From positions 69,566,001-69,630,000 of the forward strand of contig NC_058368.1 of assembly GCF_018350175.1 (NCBI RefSeq): a stretch of 64,000 nucleotides of DNA. Direction: 5' to 3'. This document shows, piece by piece, positions 12,848-26,128 of this stretch. The stretch is from Felis catus. Taxonomy: Eukaryota. A model generated the notes under the pieces. It was not told where the DNA came from. It ran no database searches and was given only the letters and a program-made list of their open reading frames with translations. The position numbers and the translations under genes were made by a program. The number at the start of each line of letters is the position of its first letter. The stretch's first letter is position 1.

Positions 12848-13000
12848 AATTATTTTGAGAAAGAGAGAGAAAGAGGGAATCCCAAACAGAATCCGTACTG
12901 CCAGTGCAGAGCCCGATGCGGGGCTCGATCTCATGAATTGCGAGATCATGAGCTGAGATCAAGAGTCAGATGCTTAACCACTGAGCCACCCAGGCACCCC
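12845..13000 (-). mobile_element. CanSINE
   Basis: Antisense body ending CACCCAGGCACCCC. Confidence 0.92.
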
Positions 13001-13029
13001 ACTTTGTGTGTTTTTAGTCCCTTATTGTT

Positions 13030-13257
13030 TTTTTTTTTTTAATTTTTTTTTTTTTAACGTTTATTTATTTTTGGGACAGAGAGAGACAGAGCATGAACGG
13101 GGGAGGGGCAGAGAGAGAGGGAGACACAGAATCGGAAACAGGCTCCAGGCTCCGAGCCATCAGCCCAGAGCCCGACGCGGGGCTCGAACTCACAGACCGC
13201 GAGATCGTGACCTGGCTGAAGTCGGACGCTTAACCGACTGCGCCACCCAGGCGCCCC
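13030..13257 (-). mobile_element. Young felid SINE (SINEC_Fc type)
   Basis: Near-consensus; 17-bp TSD TTTAGTCCCTTATTGTT at 13013 and 13258. Confidence 0.97.
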
Positions 13258-16200
13258 TTTAGTCCCTTATTGTTCATGTGCTGTCTAAAATGTATAAAGC
13301 TCATCTTTTCAAGATGCTCTTAATCATGTTGGAACCTATTGCTGGTGGATTGGTGAAACACTGCTTCACTGAAAATGTTTGTTTCCTTCAGCTTTTTCTG
13401 TTAAAATACAAGGCTCAACCCATGTAGCCACCTTCCACCTTGTTGGGTTCAGCCATTACAAGTATTCACTACCTGCCGGATAAACCAAGCATCTGAAAGG
13501 TCAAGGTCACGGTACCCAAAGGTGTGGGGCTCAGCTCAGCTCAGTCCTGGGCCTGCGAAAGCAAAACGATGCTGGTAAACATCAAACTGCCCTGCGAGTG
13601 CTTGTTCAGTTACAACTGCCTGGACTCCTTCCTTCTGCACCTGCCTTTTGAAGCCCTTATTCTCTGGATCCCCGATGCTTTGCTAGAATTGGTTTTTCAT
13701 GGTTCTCCCAAGGCAGTGAGTTCTGACACGTAAACTATGTTCTGGTTTTAATCCCCCTGTTCTGCCAAGAAGCTGACCAGTGTTTGAAATTGACTTCTCC
13801 TCTGCTACTTGCCAGTTTACCAGGCCAAGAGTGGTGTTAAATGAGGCCACAGACAGGATACAAAAGGGCCGGGCACAATCCCAGAGCCCCGCTGGCCAGA
13901 GAGAGTCCAGGCTCTCAATATTAATCAGTTCAACACAGGCGGCATGGGAAGGCTCTGGAGGGACCTGCAAGATCGATGCGAGGCTTATGTTCACATTTAA
14001 GTCCTGCTCTGTTGTGGGGGCATCTCAGGAGGCCATCTCGGACTCCAGGCAGGACGGGTGCGCAGTTTTCCGGGAGATGGGGTTCGGAGACCCATACCTT
14101 AAGGGACTGTGTTGCTAATGGAACTTGTGTGGTCTCCTTTGTTTTTATAAGTGAGACCCCAGGGGGAGAGAGGGTCTCGCCCGGGGTCCCCTGAGGAGGT
14201 GCCAGCCCTCACTTGGGGTGGCTGCAGTGGTGGGGAGTCACTGTGAACTGGCCCATCCTGGAGAGAAGTGGGCTGGATTTCCTGCCTTCCAGAAGGAGTC
14301 TGCCTGCCTTCGCCTCCCATGGATGCAACCTGCTGTTCCACACCCTCCTATTCACTGCCTCCCTTCTTCACCAGGCAGAGTTCCTCCCTCACGGAGTTAA
14401 AACCCTCTTCCATCAGTCCGCATGTCTGTGTGCTTCTGTGCTGGGGAACTTTGCTTTCTGTTGTGAATGGCACGAGGCTGGTGGAAAATCGTGTGTGGGT
14501 AGTTTATGGTGTCACAGGAAGAGCATTTATTGATGTTTGTTATAAGAAATGTATATATATAGTCTGTAATATAGATGCTGTCTTTTTGATACATAGCATG
14601 CTTGGGTGGGAGTGGGCGGAAAGAAGGAAAAAGAAGCAACACATGGTTTGGATTTGTCTGGGTGGATGATTCCTTCAGCAGCCCTCCTTTGTGCTGATTT
14701 TGCTTCCTACAGGTTGATACCACGTTATTCTTGCCAACTTGCCGATTCCTCTTCCCCCAGGCTCCAAACGCATAACGCGTGACATACTTGGCTTATTTTA
14801 GGGACGCTTAGGCAGCCGGAGGGCAGTTTAGGATTGTGATTTCCCTCTGTGTTGCATTAGGTGATCAAGTGTTTTTCCACTTAAGATCATGGAAAACTGA
14901 GCTCACGTGAGGGGACTAGAGAAGATCTCCAGTTAAAATGAAACGAAAAGATTGGACTTCATGGAAGTTGTGCACTTTGTATTCACCAGGAGCAACCTGG
15001 TGGCGTTGAGCAGCGTTGAATTAATGTGTTACAATGGCATTGTGATAGCCATTCATGTTAGTTGCACACGCATGTTGGTTGGAATCTTTTTCAAGTAAAA
15101 CCAGGACAGTGAGAATACAGTCAATAACCTGACAGACCCAAGTTAATTTGCCAGATCATACAATTACTGTTCATTAGGCTGAGGAGGTGGTTGTGGGTAA
15201 TTTTTTTTTTTTTTTTTTTTTTTTTTGGAGAAGCCAGGTGTTACCATGGCGTAGTACGGATTTTAACATTCAGGAGGAGAGGCGTTAACCAAGTGTTCTT
15301 ACTAAACATTCTGTGTGCTGTAACTGTGTTACTTTCCTGATACAGTTTCACCTTAAGCATTATTTTTGTTTTCCCTGTGGTATCTAGAGAGAATCTCTTG
15401 GCCATCTCTCAGGAAGATAAATACAGGGGTAGTTATTACTGAATTGATCTTCCAGAGTAGAATTGGAAACAACTTAAATATCCATGAAGAGGCTGGATAA
15501 ATAGAAGGTGGTGTATTTAAACCAGTACTATGCCAGAGTTAAAGGAATAAACTGTGGTTCTGGAAGTCCACATAGATTGATCTCGAGAATGTGATTTTGA
15601 AAGTTATAATAGTATGGTTTACTTTATATTTAAAAATCATATCTTCAAAGAGCTCTCTGTATTTCCCTAGGGATGTACGCATGCGTGTATGCAAAATATA
15701 CTGGAAAGATAGATAGGAAGATAGAGTGGGAATAATTTTATTATGTTTTATTGCTACTTTAAAAACCCTGAACCAAATGTGACAAAACGTTGTCATTTCT
15801 GGGTGGTGGCTATATGGTTACTCTTTTACCTTTCTTTGTGCTTAATCTGTTTTAAAAGCTGTTCTCAAAAGGTGTTCAAAAAATCTGTGCCCATTATTCA
15901 AAAGTCATAAAATAATATAAAGAGAAAATCTTGTGATCTTATTTAAAAGTACATAACCTTACACGTTTTTGGCTAGTCATTGCTCTTTGAAGCCATTTCT
16001 TCTAAGGAATGGTTCAGTCTGTGTGCAGAAATCTAGCCTCATAGATGTCCAGCAGTATGGGATTGAGAAAATCACAGCACATCCGTAAATCAAAATATCC
16101 TTCAAGCATTCTGTGATATTTATCTTAGAGTTGATCTCATGTTTGATGATGAATCTGAACCTTTTCTACTGTGACAGTCTCCTGTTGGTTGCCATTTTCC

Positions 16201-16289
16201 CATTTCTTTTTAGGGCTTTTCCCTAATTTTTTTTTTAATTGTCTCTATTTGGTTTGGAAATTGACTTTTGTTGTAAGTGTTGGTGCATC

Positions 16290-16580
16290 CTTGATTGTAA
16301 CTTTGACTTAGTCACTGATTCCCTGGTGACCTTGGGGAAATCACTTCCCTTCCCTTCATCCTTCAATAAGTCACCATTCATGGAGCCCCAAGCAAGCCCT
16401 GGATGGGGAGGGTCAGTGGAGTGTGGGGCAGGCCATAAGCCCAACTCTCACTGAGCCCTTGGTCTACCTGCCTTTGTCCTGGTTTCCTGATCTATGAAAT
16501 GGACCTAATAATACCTGCCTCATTTCCCACATGTGATTTAGGGAGCATCTGAGGAAATGCCCTTGGCATTTATATACGTC
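16290..16580 (+). mobile_element. MIR relic(s)
   Basis: GTGACCTTGGGGAAATCACTTCCC and GGTTTCCTGATCTATGAAATGGACCTAATAATACCTGCCTCA. Confidence 0.65.
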
Positions 16581-16599
16581 TTGTCAAAACACATTTTAT

Positions 16600-16834
16600 A
16601 AAAATTTTTATCTTTTTAATTTTTTATTTAAAAAAAAATTTTAACGTTTATTTTTTGAGAGAGAGAGCGAACAAGCATGAGCAGGGAAGGGGCAGAGGGA
16701 GAGGGAGTCACAGATTGCAAAGCAGGCTCCAGGCTCTGAGCTGTCAGCACGGAGCCCGACGTGGGGCTCGAACTCACCGCGAGCTCGTGACCTGAGCCGA
16801 AGTTGGACGCTTGACTGAGCCACCCAGGCACCCC
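16600..16834 (-). mobile_element. CanSINE
   Basis: Antisense body with T-rich tail; degenerate TSD TCA(A/G)AACACA. Confidence 0.94.
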
Positions 16835-17116
16835 TCAGAACACAGTTTTTGTCTTTCCCTCAAGTGTTCCATCTAGTGAAAATTGTTCATCTCTGGTTCT
16901 CAGAATACCTTACCCAGTGCGCTAGGGCGGGACCTTTGTATATGCTGTTTTCTCCTTCTGGAATCCCTTTTTCATGCTCCCCCTCTTCCCTGCCCCCATT
17001 TTGAAAACTAGTCCCCTCTAAACCTTGCTCAGACATCATCTCATCTGGGAAGTCGGTGCTGTCTCTATATCTAAGATGTGATTTGTTCTTGAACCTTACA
17101 AAGAATATTGAGAGTA

Positions 17117-17439
17117 CAGTTAACCCTTGAACAATGTGGATATAAACTGGGGGTTAACTTCTAGGTGGAGTTGGGTTTTTTAAGATAAACAGTACATACT
17201 GTAAATGTATTTTTCTTATGTTTGTCTTCACAATTTCTTTCCTCTAGCTTACTTTATTGTAAGAATACAGTATATATAATACGTATAGCATAAGAAATGT
17301 GTTGGTGTATTATCGGTAAGGCTTCCAGTCAACAACGGGGCTATTAGTAGTTAAGTTTTGGGGGAGTCAGAAGTTATATACAGATGTCTCAACTGTATGG
17401 CGGTTGGTGCCCCTAATTCCTGGGTTCACAACTCAACCG
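17117..17439 (+). mobile_element. Tigger2a-like MITE
   Basis: TA-CAGTTAACCCTTGAACAA left end, CTAGCTTACTTTATTGTAAGAATACAGTAT...GGCTATTAGTAGTTAAGTTTTGGGGGAGTCA core, right end TCAACCG-TA. Confidence 0.85.
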
Positions 17440-18394
17440 TACTTGGCTCACTCAGCACCATACCTGCCAGATACGGCTCATTAGAGGCAAGGTGCTGGTC
17501 TGTGTTAATGTCCTAGCTCTTCAAGGTGCCAAACACGGGCCCTGGCACTTACTTGGTGCTCGGAAAGGGATTGTGGAAATGCACTGAATTCAAGGCCCTT
17601 TGAAAAGTGTACAGGGCTAAGCCTATGAAAAGTATCACTGAATGTATCTGAATGTGGTGTTTTGAATCCCTGGGTGTGTCCAGGTATTGTGTTGGACAAT
17701 AGAATGTGACATTTGCGCGTTAGTGCTGGATACAACGTGGCACACACATTCTTCCTGGTGAGCATATGTTCATACTTCGCTGTTTTGGCACATAAAGTTT
17801 GGGGGTTTTAATCCCGCTTCTCTGGGCTGCACCCAGCTCTTAAGCTGCATTCTAAAGGTGATTGTTTCCACCATATTTTCGACAGCACATGTATACTGGG
17901 CTCCTGCTCTGTTCTGCTTGAGGTTCTGGATCCTGTGGGGGTGGGGATGCCATCTCAGAACTCAGTCTGATGGCAGAGGTAGGTGATGTAATAACTCCGC
18001 GTGTGAAGGTACTCTGGCACTGGCTGATTTTCTCTGTGATGTTATAAGGTTCTCCGCCCTGCCAGGATAATCCCTTGATTCCCAAGAGTGATGGTGATCA
18101 TTCTCTGTGATCGGAAAAATAAGCTGAAAACAGCCAAATGACTTAAGTGCTTTTTTCCATTTTTTCCTAGCATGACTGGCTAATGAGGGGAACCTTGGGG
18201 TCAGGGGCATGAAATTAATAGATGCCATTTGCACCAACTCATTCCTTGATAGATAAGCAGAGGGACCTAGTGAGAATTAACCAAGAGGTTACTACTTAAA
18301 AGGGTTTTCCAGCTTACTTGGGTGATTTTCACATGACTTCATTTCCTGTTTAATCTATCCGAAAGGCAGCGAGAGAGAAGGCAGGGAAACTAAT

Positions 18395-18580
18395 TTTGGT
18401 GTCAAAGATCTGGGCTCAAATCCCAGTCCAACCACTTACCGGCTGGGTGGTTGTGGGCAGGCTCGCCGTCTGGACCTCGTTGCCCTTCTCTGTAAAATGG
18501 GAATGACAATACCAGCTCTGTCCTGTGAAGGAAACCTAGATAAGGTGGAGGGCCCAGCACACAGTCTACACCAAATTAAT
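18395..18580 (+). mobile_element. MIR relic
   Basis: CTGGGCTCAAATCCCAG...CCACTTAC...CTGTAAAATGGGAATGACAATACC. Confidence 0.75.
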
Positions 18581-19604
18581 CGCAGCTCCTGTTAATGAAA
18601 CCGGTCGTTAACACAGAGCTTACTCATCTGGCTGGTTAGCAAGGGAGGATTTTAGGTTAGTCGTGACTCACTCTTTGGAACAGCCATCTTTGGAAAGTGT
18701 GCTGAAGTCCCAGATTTCAAAACTGGTTTCCACAATTTCCAGATATTACACATAGATTAATGAATAAAAGCAGCTTCAAGTTGCTCTTTAATTATTAGTA
18801 AAACCCACCATTGAAAACTATAAAAGGACGGGGTAGAGGCACAGAGAAGAGGGTTATTGTTTTATGGAGGCATCCAACAAATTCATATCCTAGTAGGAAA
18901 AAGCGTGTTTGTGTCCTCTGAATTTTCGCCACAGGCTGATCCCGCAGCAAGGGCCACTAGGTTTCCTCACAGAATCCCTCGCACTCTGACCTGACCCTTT
19001 GGTTTTGTGGCATCATAGGCCAGACCGGCCGCAGTTGTCCTTGGGACGTGTCTTCCTGTATCACAGTCACTGCTTTAAAACTTGGCCTCTCACCTCCATC
19101 TGGGTACCGGCGTGGACAAGGAAAGTGTGGGATTTGTAAGTGCAGCCCACGTTTCCTTCAATGGTGACGTAAATGCTTTCAGAGACCAGCCTCACGGCCC
19201 CCAGACTTTTTCGGTCAGCTCTGTTCTTGGCTTTTCTGCGCCCTTCCCATGCCAGGACATTCGATGTGCATCATCATGGGCCTAGCATATGGCTGCTGAG
19301 GGCATCTGTGGGTCCCTTCATCAAATCCAGTTTTCCTCTGCAGGGGAGGAGTCCAGTTTGGCTAACTCACAGCCCAAAGGGACGTGCCTCTCTGTCCACA
19401 AGCCCTCAGACAAGGTCCACAGAAATATGACAGGAATCCAAGCAATGTGTGTGCCCTCGCACGAAGGACTCCGGGGCTCTCTGGTTAACCGTGGCCTGGG
19501 ATGGAAACTGCCATCCAGCGATTGGTGATTGCAGGTTTCTGGTCACTTTTGGTTAACCAGCAGTACATTTCACACCTTATTTCCGAATGAAACTGAGAAA
19601 TGAT

Positions 19605-20100
19605 ATTGGGAGCTCCAAATGATAGCTCGTAGGCCAGATACAGCTCACCAGCCAGGAGTACAGGAGTACTTGTACTTTTTTATTTTTGTAACTGAAAACA
19701 ATTTTTAATTATGGCACAATACACACACCATAAAATATCCCGTGTAAACCATTTTTCAGTGTATAACTCAGCAGTGTTCATTCTATTCACATTGGGGGCA
19801 ACCAATCACCGGGACTTTTTCATCTTGTAAAACTGAAACTCGTTATTCATTTGCGTTTTGGAATGGTTGGAAAAGTAAAAGGGAGTACTTCGTGACACGT
19901 GAACATGACAGGAAATTCGCATTTCAGTGTCCATCAATAAGCTTTTATTGGAGCACACCCCAGCCCGTTCATTACACATTGTCTATGGCAGCTTTCCTGT
20001 TGCAGCAGCAGAACTGAGGGGTTACAATGAGACCGTGTGGACTGTGGACCATAAACTGTGTACTATCTGCCTCTTTACAGGAAATGGTTGCAAGCCTAGT
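19605..20100 (+). mobile_element. MER58B-like hAT-Charlie MITE, interrupted by an L1 fragment
   Basis: TTCGTGACACGTGAA...ATTTCAGTGTCCAT...TTTTATTGGAGCACAC...TACTATCTGCCTCTTTACAGGAAA. Confidence 0.75.
19700..19845 (-). mobile_element. L1MB-like 3' end fragment
   Basis: ACCATTTTTCAGTGTATAACTCAG...ACTTTTTCATCTTGTAAAACTGAAACTC. Confidence 0.75.
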
Positions 20101-21149
20101 TGACTACAGGTTCTGTTTATCCTTTCTTAGAATTGCTTTAAGGGGCCCTGTGTCTGGCATTATGGTGGGTATATAGTATCTAATCCATGTTGCTGACTTC
20201 TTGGCTTTGCTTTAATATTAAAATTATAGTAACCTAGGCTGCCCTTACTTTGTCTGAACCAACCCCATAGAAGGGAATCTTCTTTACTTGCAGTTCTAAC
20301 GGTGATCATTGCAGGCAGATGTCACGAGCTACTTTTTTACTCTTTAATTACCCGTGAAAAGGGATGTACATAGTTATGTGGGTCACCCAAATGTAAACAG
20401 TAAAATCCCATTAGGTTCCTTCAACACAAGAGGAAAATGAGCTTGAATTTAAAAGCCCCCGGCACTCATTAGGTTCAGATGTTATGCTAGGCACCCCCCT
20501 CGAGATGATTCTAGTCATTCCTGTTGGGTCAAGCCAAGTGCTGCCTGGTTGACCATCACAGCTCTTTCCAGCGTGCCTGGAGCAGAGGCTGTTGTCTGCT
20601 GTTTGAATTCCACAGGGATTTGACTTGGAAATCTAGGCGAGTCAGGACTCGGACTCCAATCAAGATCCCAAAGGCTCAGATAGAGGTATTGCCCACCCCC
20701 CCCCACCCCTCCTCGCCCCAAGAATTCTATTTTGTAAAACTAAGATGAATGGAGACATGAGTGTTTGGCTCACAAGTCCTCAAGGATCATTCTTTTTCCT
20801 TCCCTGGAGACTGTTACTATTGTCTTGACTTGGACAATGCACATCTCTGCCTCTTGATTGTCACGGCTGCTTGAGTTACTCTTTTTCTCTTGCCCATTTT
20901 TCTCCTGTTTGTCTCCAACTTTGGTGTAATTCAAATTCCAGTTCTGTCCTTGGGCTTGGAGAGGTGGAGGTTGTTTTAAGCCCTTTCTGAGCTTAGAAAA
21001 TTCATGGTCATTTAGGGGCATTTGTGTCTCCTTATGTCACATCAGACTTACCTTTCCTCTTAGTAGAGCCCCTGCTGTCTGCACATGAGCGTTCTTCCTG
21101 TAATTTACTAAAACCATTTGTGTGAATATATAGGAAATCCAATTAGGTT

Positions 21150-21641
21150 TCCTTCTTTCTTTCTTTGTCTCTTTCCTTCTTTCTTTCTTTCCTCTTTCTT
21201 TCTCTCTTTAAGTTTGTTTATTTTGGGGCGCCTGGGTGGCGCAGTCGGTTAGGCGTCCGACTTCAGCCAGGTCACGATCTCACGGTCCGTGAGTTCGAGC
21301 CCCGCGTCAGGCTCTGGGCTGATGGCTCAGAGCCTGGAGCCTGTTTCCGATTCTGCGTCTCCCTCTCTCTCTGCCCCTCCCCCATTCATGCTCTGTCTCT
21401 CTCTGTCCCAAAAATAAATGTTGAAAAAAAAAAATTAAAAAAAAAAAAAAAAGGAAAAAAAAAATAAGTTTGTTTATTTATTTTGAGAGAGGGGGAGAGA
21501 GAGCCAGTGGTAGAGAGAGAATCCCAAGCAGGCTGCGTACTGTCCGTGCAGAGCCCAATGCGGGGCTCAAACCCACAAACTGTGAGATCATGACCTGAGC
21601 CCAAGTCAGATGCTTAATCTACTGAGCCACCCAGGTGCCCC
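21150..21641 (-). mobile_element. CanSINE (host) with CT-rich tail, interrupted by a + strand SINE
   Basis: Tail 21150-21223 and body 21466-21641 are joined once the insert is removed. Confidence 0.88.
21225..21464 (+). mobile_element. Young felid SINE nested in an antisense SINE
   Basis: GGGGCGCCTGGGTGGCGCAGTCGG head; TSD AAGTTTGTTTATTT at 21210 and 21466. Confidence 0.97.
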
Positions 21642-22803
21642 TAGATTTTCTTATTATAAGAATTTAAAACCTACAGGAAGCTAGACCCCTCCCTATATAC
21701 CCATTCCTTGTAGTCAGCAATTAACATTTGCCACATTTGCTTCATCTACCCCCTTATCCATCCTACCTGTTTATTTGCTGAACCTTTTAAAAACAAATGA
21801 CATCAGGATCGGTCACTCTGCTTTTTAAAAAATAAATTTTAATTGAGGTATATAACACACATGCAGAAAACTATATAAATGACAAGCGTTCAGCCTGATA
21901 AGTCTTCAAAAAGCCTTTACTCTTAAATACTGTGGAGTGCATCTCCAAAAGATAAGGATATTCTTGTAGCCACCTTACCGTGACATCCTATTTTAGTGTT
22001 GAATTCTTGAGACAGTGGGGGTGATCAGGGGCAGGAGTCTCGTCCTTCTCATGAGCCGACGTAGTGTTTCCAGCGACTACTTGATTCCTTGCCTTGTTGC
22101 TATTTGTTAAGGGAGGGGTCAGGGAGGGGAAAATTTAGTTAAAAAAATTTTTAACTTGATTGCTCGGCACATATTGACCGAGTGGAGGGTTTATTAAGAA
22201 TCTGGTTTTAGGCAGGAATCAAAGTCCGTGGTCGTTGATTGAAGACTTCCACCAAGCCAGCCATACTGGATCTAATCGAAAAGCTTCGAGAACAGGTGAT
22301 TTCATAGAGCAAATACATAATCGTGATTCATGGATAAACTTTCTATGGCAGCCTTCTCATTTGACCGCCAGGAAGACATGTAATAAGCCGTCATAACCCT
22401 TTCCCATTTGGTCAGGATCCCTCACAGTTCTCTCTGGAGACCGAGCGGTTCACGTATCTTCAGTAACACATGACTAGTAAATCTGGCAAGATGTGTTTTG
22501 TGGCTTATTTTCCAAGAGCTCTTGTGGGCTGTCCTAAATTCTTTATGTGGGCAATGCTGGGTTTCCCATCTGGTTTCAGATGTGTGTACAGGGGCTTTGT
22601 TGCATCTTGGTTTTTAAACTGTTAGTGATTTATAAAGCCTCCGTGTATTTTTCTTGGAAAAATCCTTTTTGCTCAATGTTTGCCCCTCTCTTAGATGTGG
22701 GCCGGTACATGGGGTCTTGAGAGTTGCTTTGGGATTAACAGCTGTGTAGATGTGAAACTGATGAGTTCACAGATACCAGCGTCAGGATGGCCTAACCAAG
22801 CCT

Positions 22804-23215
22804 GCTGGGGAATCTTAAAATTCAACTGACTAAGTTTGAAGATGTAATTGGCTTTATTTAATCGATTCACGAATCAGGCAGCATCCCACCTGGCACGTAC
22901 AGGGGAGCTCTGAGGAGTTGTACAAAATAGAAGGTTTTTGTAGGAAGGAGGGCAGGTCAATGAAGTTATTAGCAAAAGGAAAGGATTGTTCCAGGCAAGG
23001 TGACCTTCCCTTAGGAGGAAGGGCAGGGGGGTCTAATTAGGTAGATTCTCATCGTCCTTTGGGGGATGGAGAGGGCCCGCATGACAGATTACCTCATTGG
23101 TGTTGCCCAGAAAATTCCAAATTGACTGGCTTAAAATTCTACTTCCGGAGAGGTTGAAACTGCTCTAAGTCTGGGTCTGAAGTCCTGGGGGCAGGTGACT
23201 CCATCCTGGGCCTCA
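22804..23215 (-). mobile_element. ERV1-class (MER4-group-like) solo LTR
   Basis: Minus strand starts TGAGGCCCAGGATGGAGTCAC, has AATAAA near its 3' end (TTTATT at ~22853) and GATTCACGAATCAGGCAGC as in MER4-group LTRs; TSD not resolved. Confidence 0.6.
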
Positions 23216-23294
23216 GAAAAGATGAGGGATTGTGAATATTGTCATGGTCTGTATCCATTATATAGCCAACTTTCCTATTTGATGAGAACACTAT

Positions 23295-23485
23295 TTTTTT
23301 TTTTAATGTTTATTTATTTTGGGAAAGAGACAGAATGAGCAGCGGAGAGGCAGAGAGAATCCCAAGCAGGCTCCACACCATCTGCACAGAGCCCAGCATG
23401 GGGCTCGATCCCACGAACTGTGAGATCATGACCTGAGCCAAGATCAAGAGTCTTACGCTTCACCAACTGAGCCACCCAGGTGCCC
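23295..23485 (-). mobile_element. CanSINE
   Basis: Antisense body with T-tail. Confidence 0.94.
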
Positions 23486-24939
23486 TGTGAGAGCAGTTTT
23501 CTTAGTCTGAGAGTTGAGATGGCTCAGAAGTGAGTCTGTGTGTTGTTTCATTAGTGAATCACTCCTTTGAGGCAGCGTGTGGAGATCGTATGGTGACCTG
23601 CCAAGACGGGGGCCCGAGATCAGAAGGCCATTGTCTGCATCCAGAAAGCTACTCTCTTCGTGTAATTATTGGCACAGAATTTCCTTATCACTTCACACTC
23701 TTGTCCTCTGAATCGGAGATCACGATGTAAGAAAAGACCGATCGCAGCTATTCGAGCTCTGTTTCTGCGAATGTGAGTATATGCTTGTGCTGGTGTCACA
23801 ATTTCACAAGCGAGGGTGGCAGAAAAGTTATAAACCGCCTTCTTACAGTTACTCAAGGAAGTGGAGAAACTACTTTCATTCATATATATTGCAGCGTCTG
23901 CTGTGGTTTAGACCCTGTACTGGCTGTTGGGGAAACACGTTACAAACAGACCCAGGATCTGCCCTCAGGGGGCCTGGAGTGTAGAAGAATTAAGACATTC
24001 TACAAACAGTTACGCAGGTGTCTACGTTTTGCAAATACAGACGCGAGCGGTGAAGGCATCATTTGGTGCCATCTGCCGAATGCTCCCCTTACCGGTTTGC
24101 CGAGTCGGCGTGTCTTCATGGTGGCGAGGCGATCACTTGGGCTCTTACGCTCATGAGTCTAGTTCGTCTTACACCCACGAATGTATGTTATTTTTAAAGT
24201 ACCACAAATAGCTCTCCGCACACTAGTGAAAAGCCCAACGGTGAGAATGATTAAGCTAGAAGGTAAGAGAGAGGAAATTTTCACTTGGGGACCAAGTCAT
24301 GAAATGTATTCTGTCCGTTTTTTCCTCTCGTTTCCCATTCTTGACCTTCCTTTTGTGTTCGAGAACCCACGGGATCTTTATGTTGAAGTCCTCAAGGGCC
24401 CCGGATGAACGTGCACATACGTGGGAGGAAATCACTAAATCACTGAACAGGTTGCTGTTTTGCCAACTGTGAAACTGGCAGTGGCCGCTTGGAGTGTCTT
24501 GTCCGAGAGTTGGCATTGGAGTTCAGGGGCGCAGGCGCTGTGCTGGATTGGTGATGTCTGTCTGTAGGGTGGTGAGAAGCCACAATTGCTACTCTTACAC
24601 TTGAGCTCTTATCAGCTCACATTTCAGACATAATTAGTGATAATTACTGGGCACAGACTGGAGCCATGGGAGCAGAAAGGAGCCACTGGCTGAATTGTGA
24701 GAGTGCACCAGAAACCAATATTTTCAGTTTTAGGTAGAACCAGAAGAGCCCCAGCCGTGCTCAGGTGTAAGCTATGCGAGGGCCAGGACTCAGCCCAGTA
24801 TTTTGCCCACAGTAGTATCTGATCCAGTAGGCATTCAATAAATATTTATCCGTTACTGTTGAATAAAATCTTAAAGCTTGTTGCTTACACAGCTCCTGGG
24901 GGACACTATTTTATGTGTAGGGAGTTAGAAATTCAGAGA

Positions 24940-24940
<1 letters not shown>

Positions 24941-24990
<50 letters not shown>
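24941..24990. repeat. (CA)25 microsatellite
   Basis: Direct reading. Confidence 0.98.
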
Positions 24991-24993
<3 letters not shown>

Positions 24994-25643
24994 AGCTTTG
25001 TGAAGATGGGTTCTGACTTCTAGGGGAGGAATTCAAGGTTAAACCATCCAGGGACCGGTAGAGCAGGGTATTGAACCTAGCTTTGTCTCCTAGCAAAACC
25101 CATCTTCTTTCTTTTACAAAAGGAAATGCAGGAATGCTGTAGCTAGTGAAAGATTTGAGCCACTTATAATCAGCCTTTGTTTAAAAAGTGGCAAAACCTA
25201 TGGTTTTGCGTGGCCAAGGATTTGGAAAAAAAAAATGGTGTGCTAGGTGTGGCTGTTAACCTTGGCCTCGTCCAAGGAGGCATACCCTCAGTGTGAACAC
25301 CATCCAGTAATACACACATGGATTTGCTTCTTTGTCGGGATTTTTTTTTCCCCTCCTCACACTTTATTCAGGTGGCATCCTGTATTAGGCTTGGTCATTT
25401 TGTCGGTGTGATCTCTGTAGGGAAAGATTTAAAAGACTTGAAAAATGATAAATGAGGATACAAGATATCCCCAAGATATTCAGACAAATCCCCTGGAGTT
25501 TTGGTGTGCACACAGACATGCTTGGTTTAGAAAATGCAGTGCTGGCGGTCAAGTTCTCTTTGTCTGAAATGGGGAGTTTCATGGGCTCCTAACTGACCTT
25601 GGGTTTCCCTTTCCTGATCCAGAGAGACTGGTGGGGGTGGTGG

Positions 25644-25644
<1 letters not shown>

Positions 25645-25675
<31 letters not shown>
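25645..25675. repeat. G31 homopolymer in a G-rich tract
   Basis: Direct reading. Confidence 0.95.
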
Positions 25676-25676
<1 letters not shown>

Positions 25677-26014
25677 GGGCGGAAAGGGGCTGTTACTTAT
25701 TCATTCACTACTTGTAGGGGAGGAGCTTACCAGAAAATTTTTGCTTTGTTTTACACTGTATTAGCACAGAAGCAAATCTTTTAAAAATCCATTCCTTCTC
25801 TCTCCTACCCTCCCCTTTGCCATTTCTCACTTCATAAAATCCGAAGGGCCTGGAAGATCCCATTGAGAGGATTTTGGTTCAAACATTAAATACTAGCAAA
25901 ATTACTACTAATCCGCTCCCATGTTGGTCTTGACCATCCAGAATCTTACGTGTCAGAAGAAAGGTACCCATACCGTTCACATAAATAAAAGCCTGCTTAA
26001 AAATGTCGGAATTT

Positions 26015-26128
26015 GGGGGTGCTTGGCTGGCTCAGTTGGTAGAAGTAATTCCCGAAATGAGGCCCATGAGTTCAAGCCCCACACTGAGCACAGAGCTTAC
26101 TTAAAAAAAAAAAAAAAAAAAAAAAAAA
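26015..26128 (+). mobile_element. Short CanSINE (tRNA head plus A-tail)
   Basis: GGCTGGCTCAGTTGGTAGA...GAGTTCAAGCCCCACA...GAGCTTACTTAAAA(A)n. Confidence 0.85.

Noticed and set aside
13008..13262. Recurrent ORF family ...GQRETEHERGRGRERGRHRIGNRLQ... (also 29220, 32032, 37675, 52929, 62389)
   Set aside because: Translations of SINE sequence, not a protein family
14690..14870. Good + strand acceptors at 14712 and 14760
   Set aside because: No convincing donor at exon distance and no recognisable reading frame
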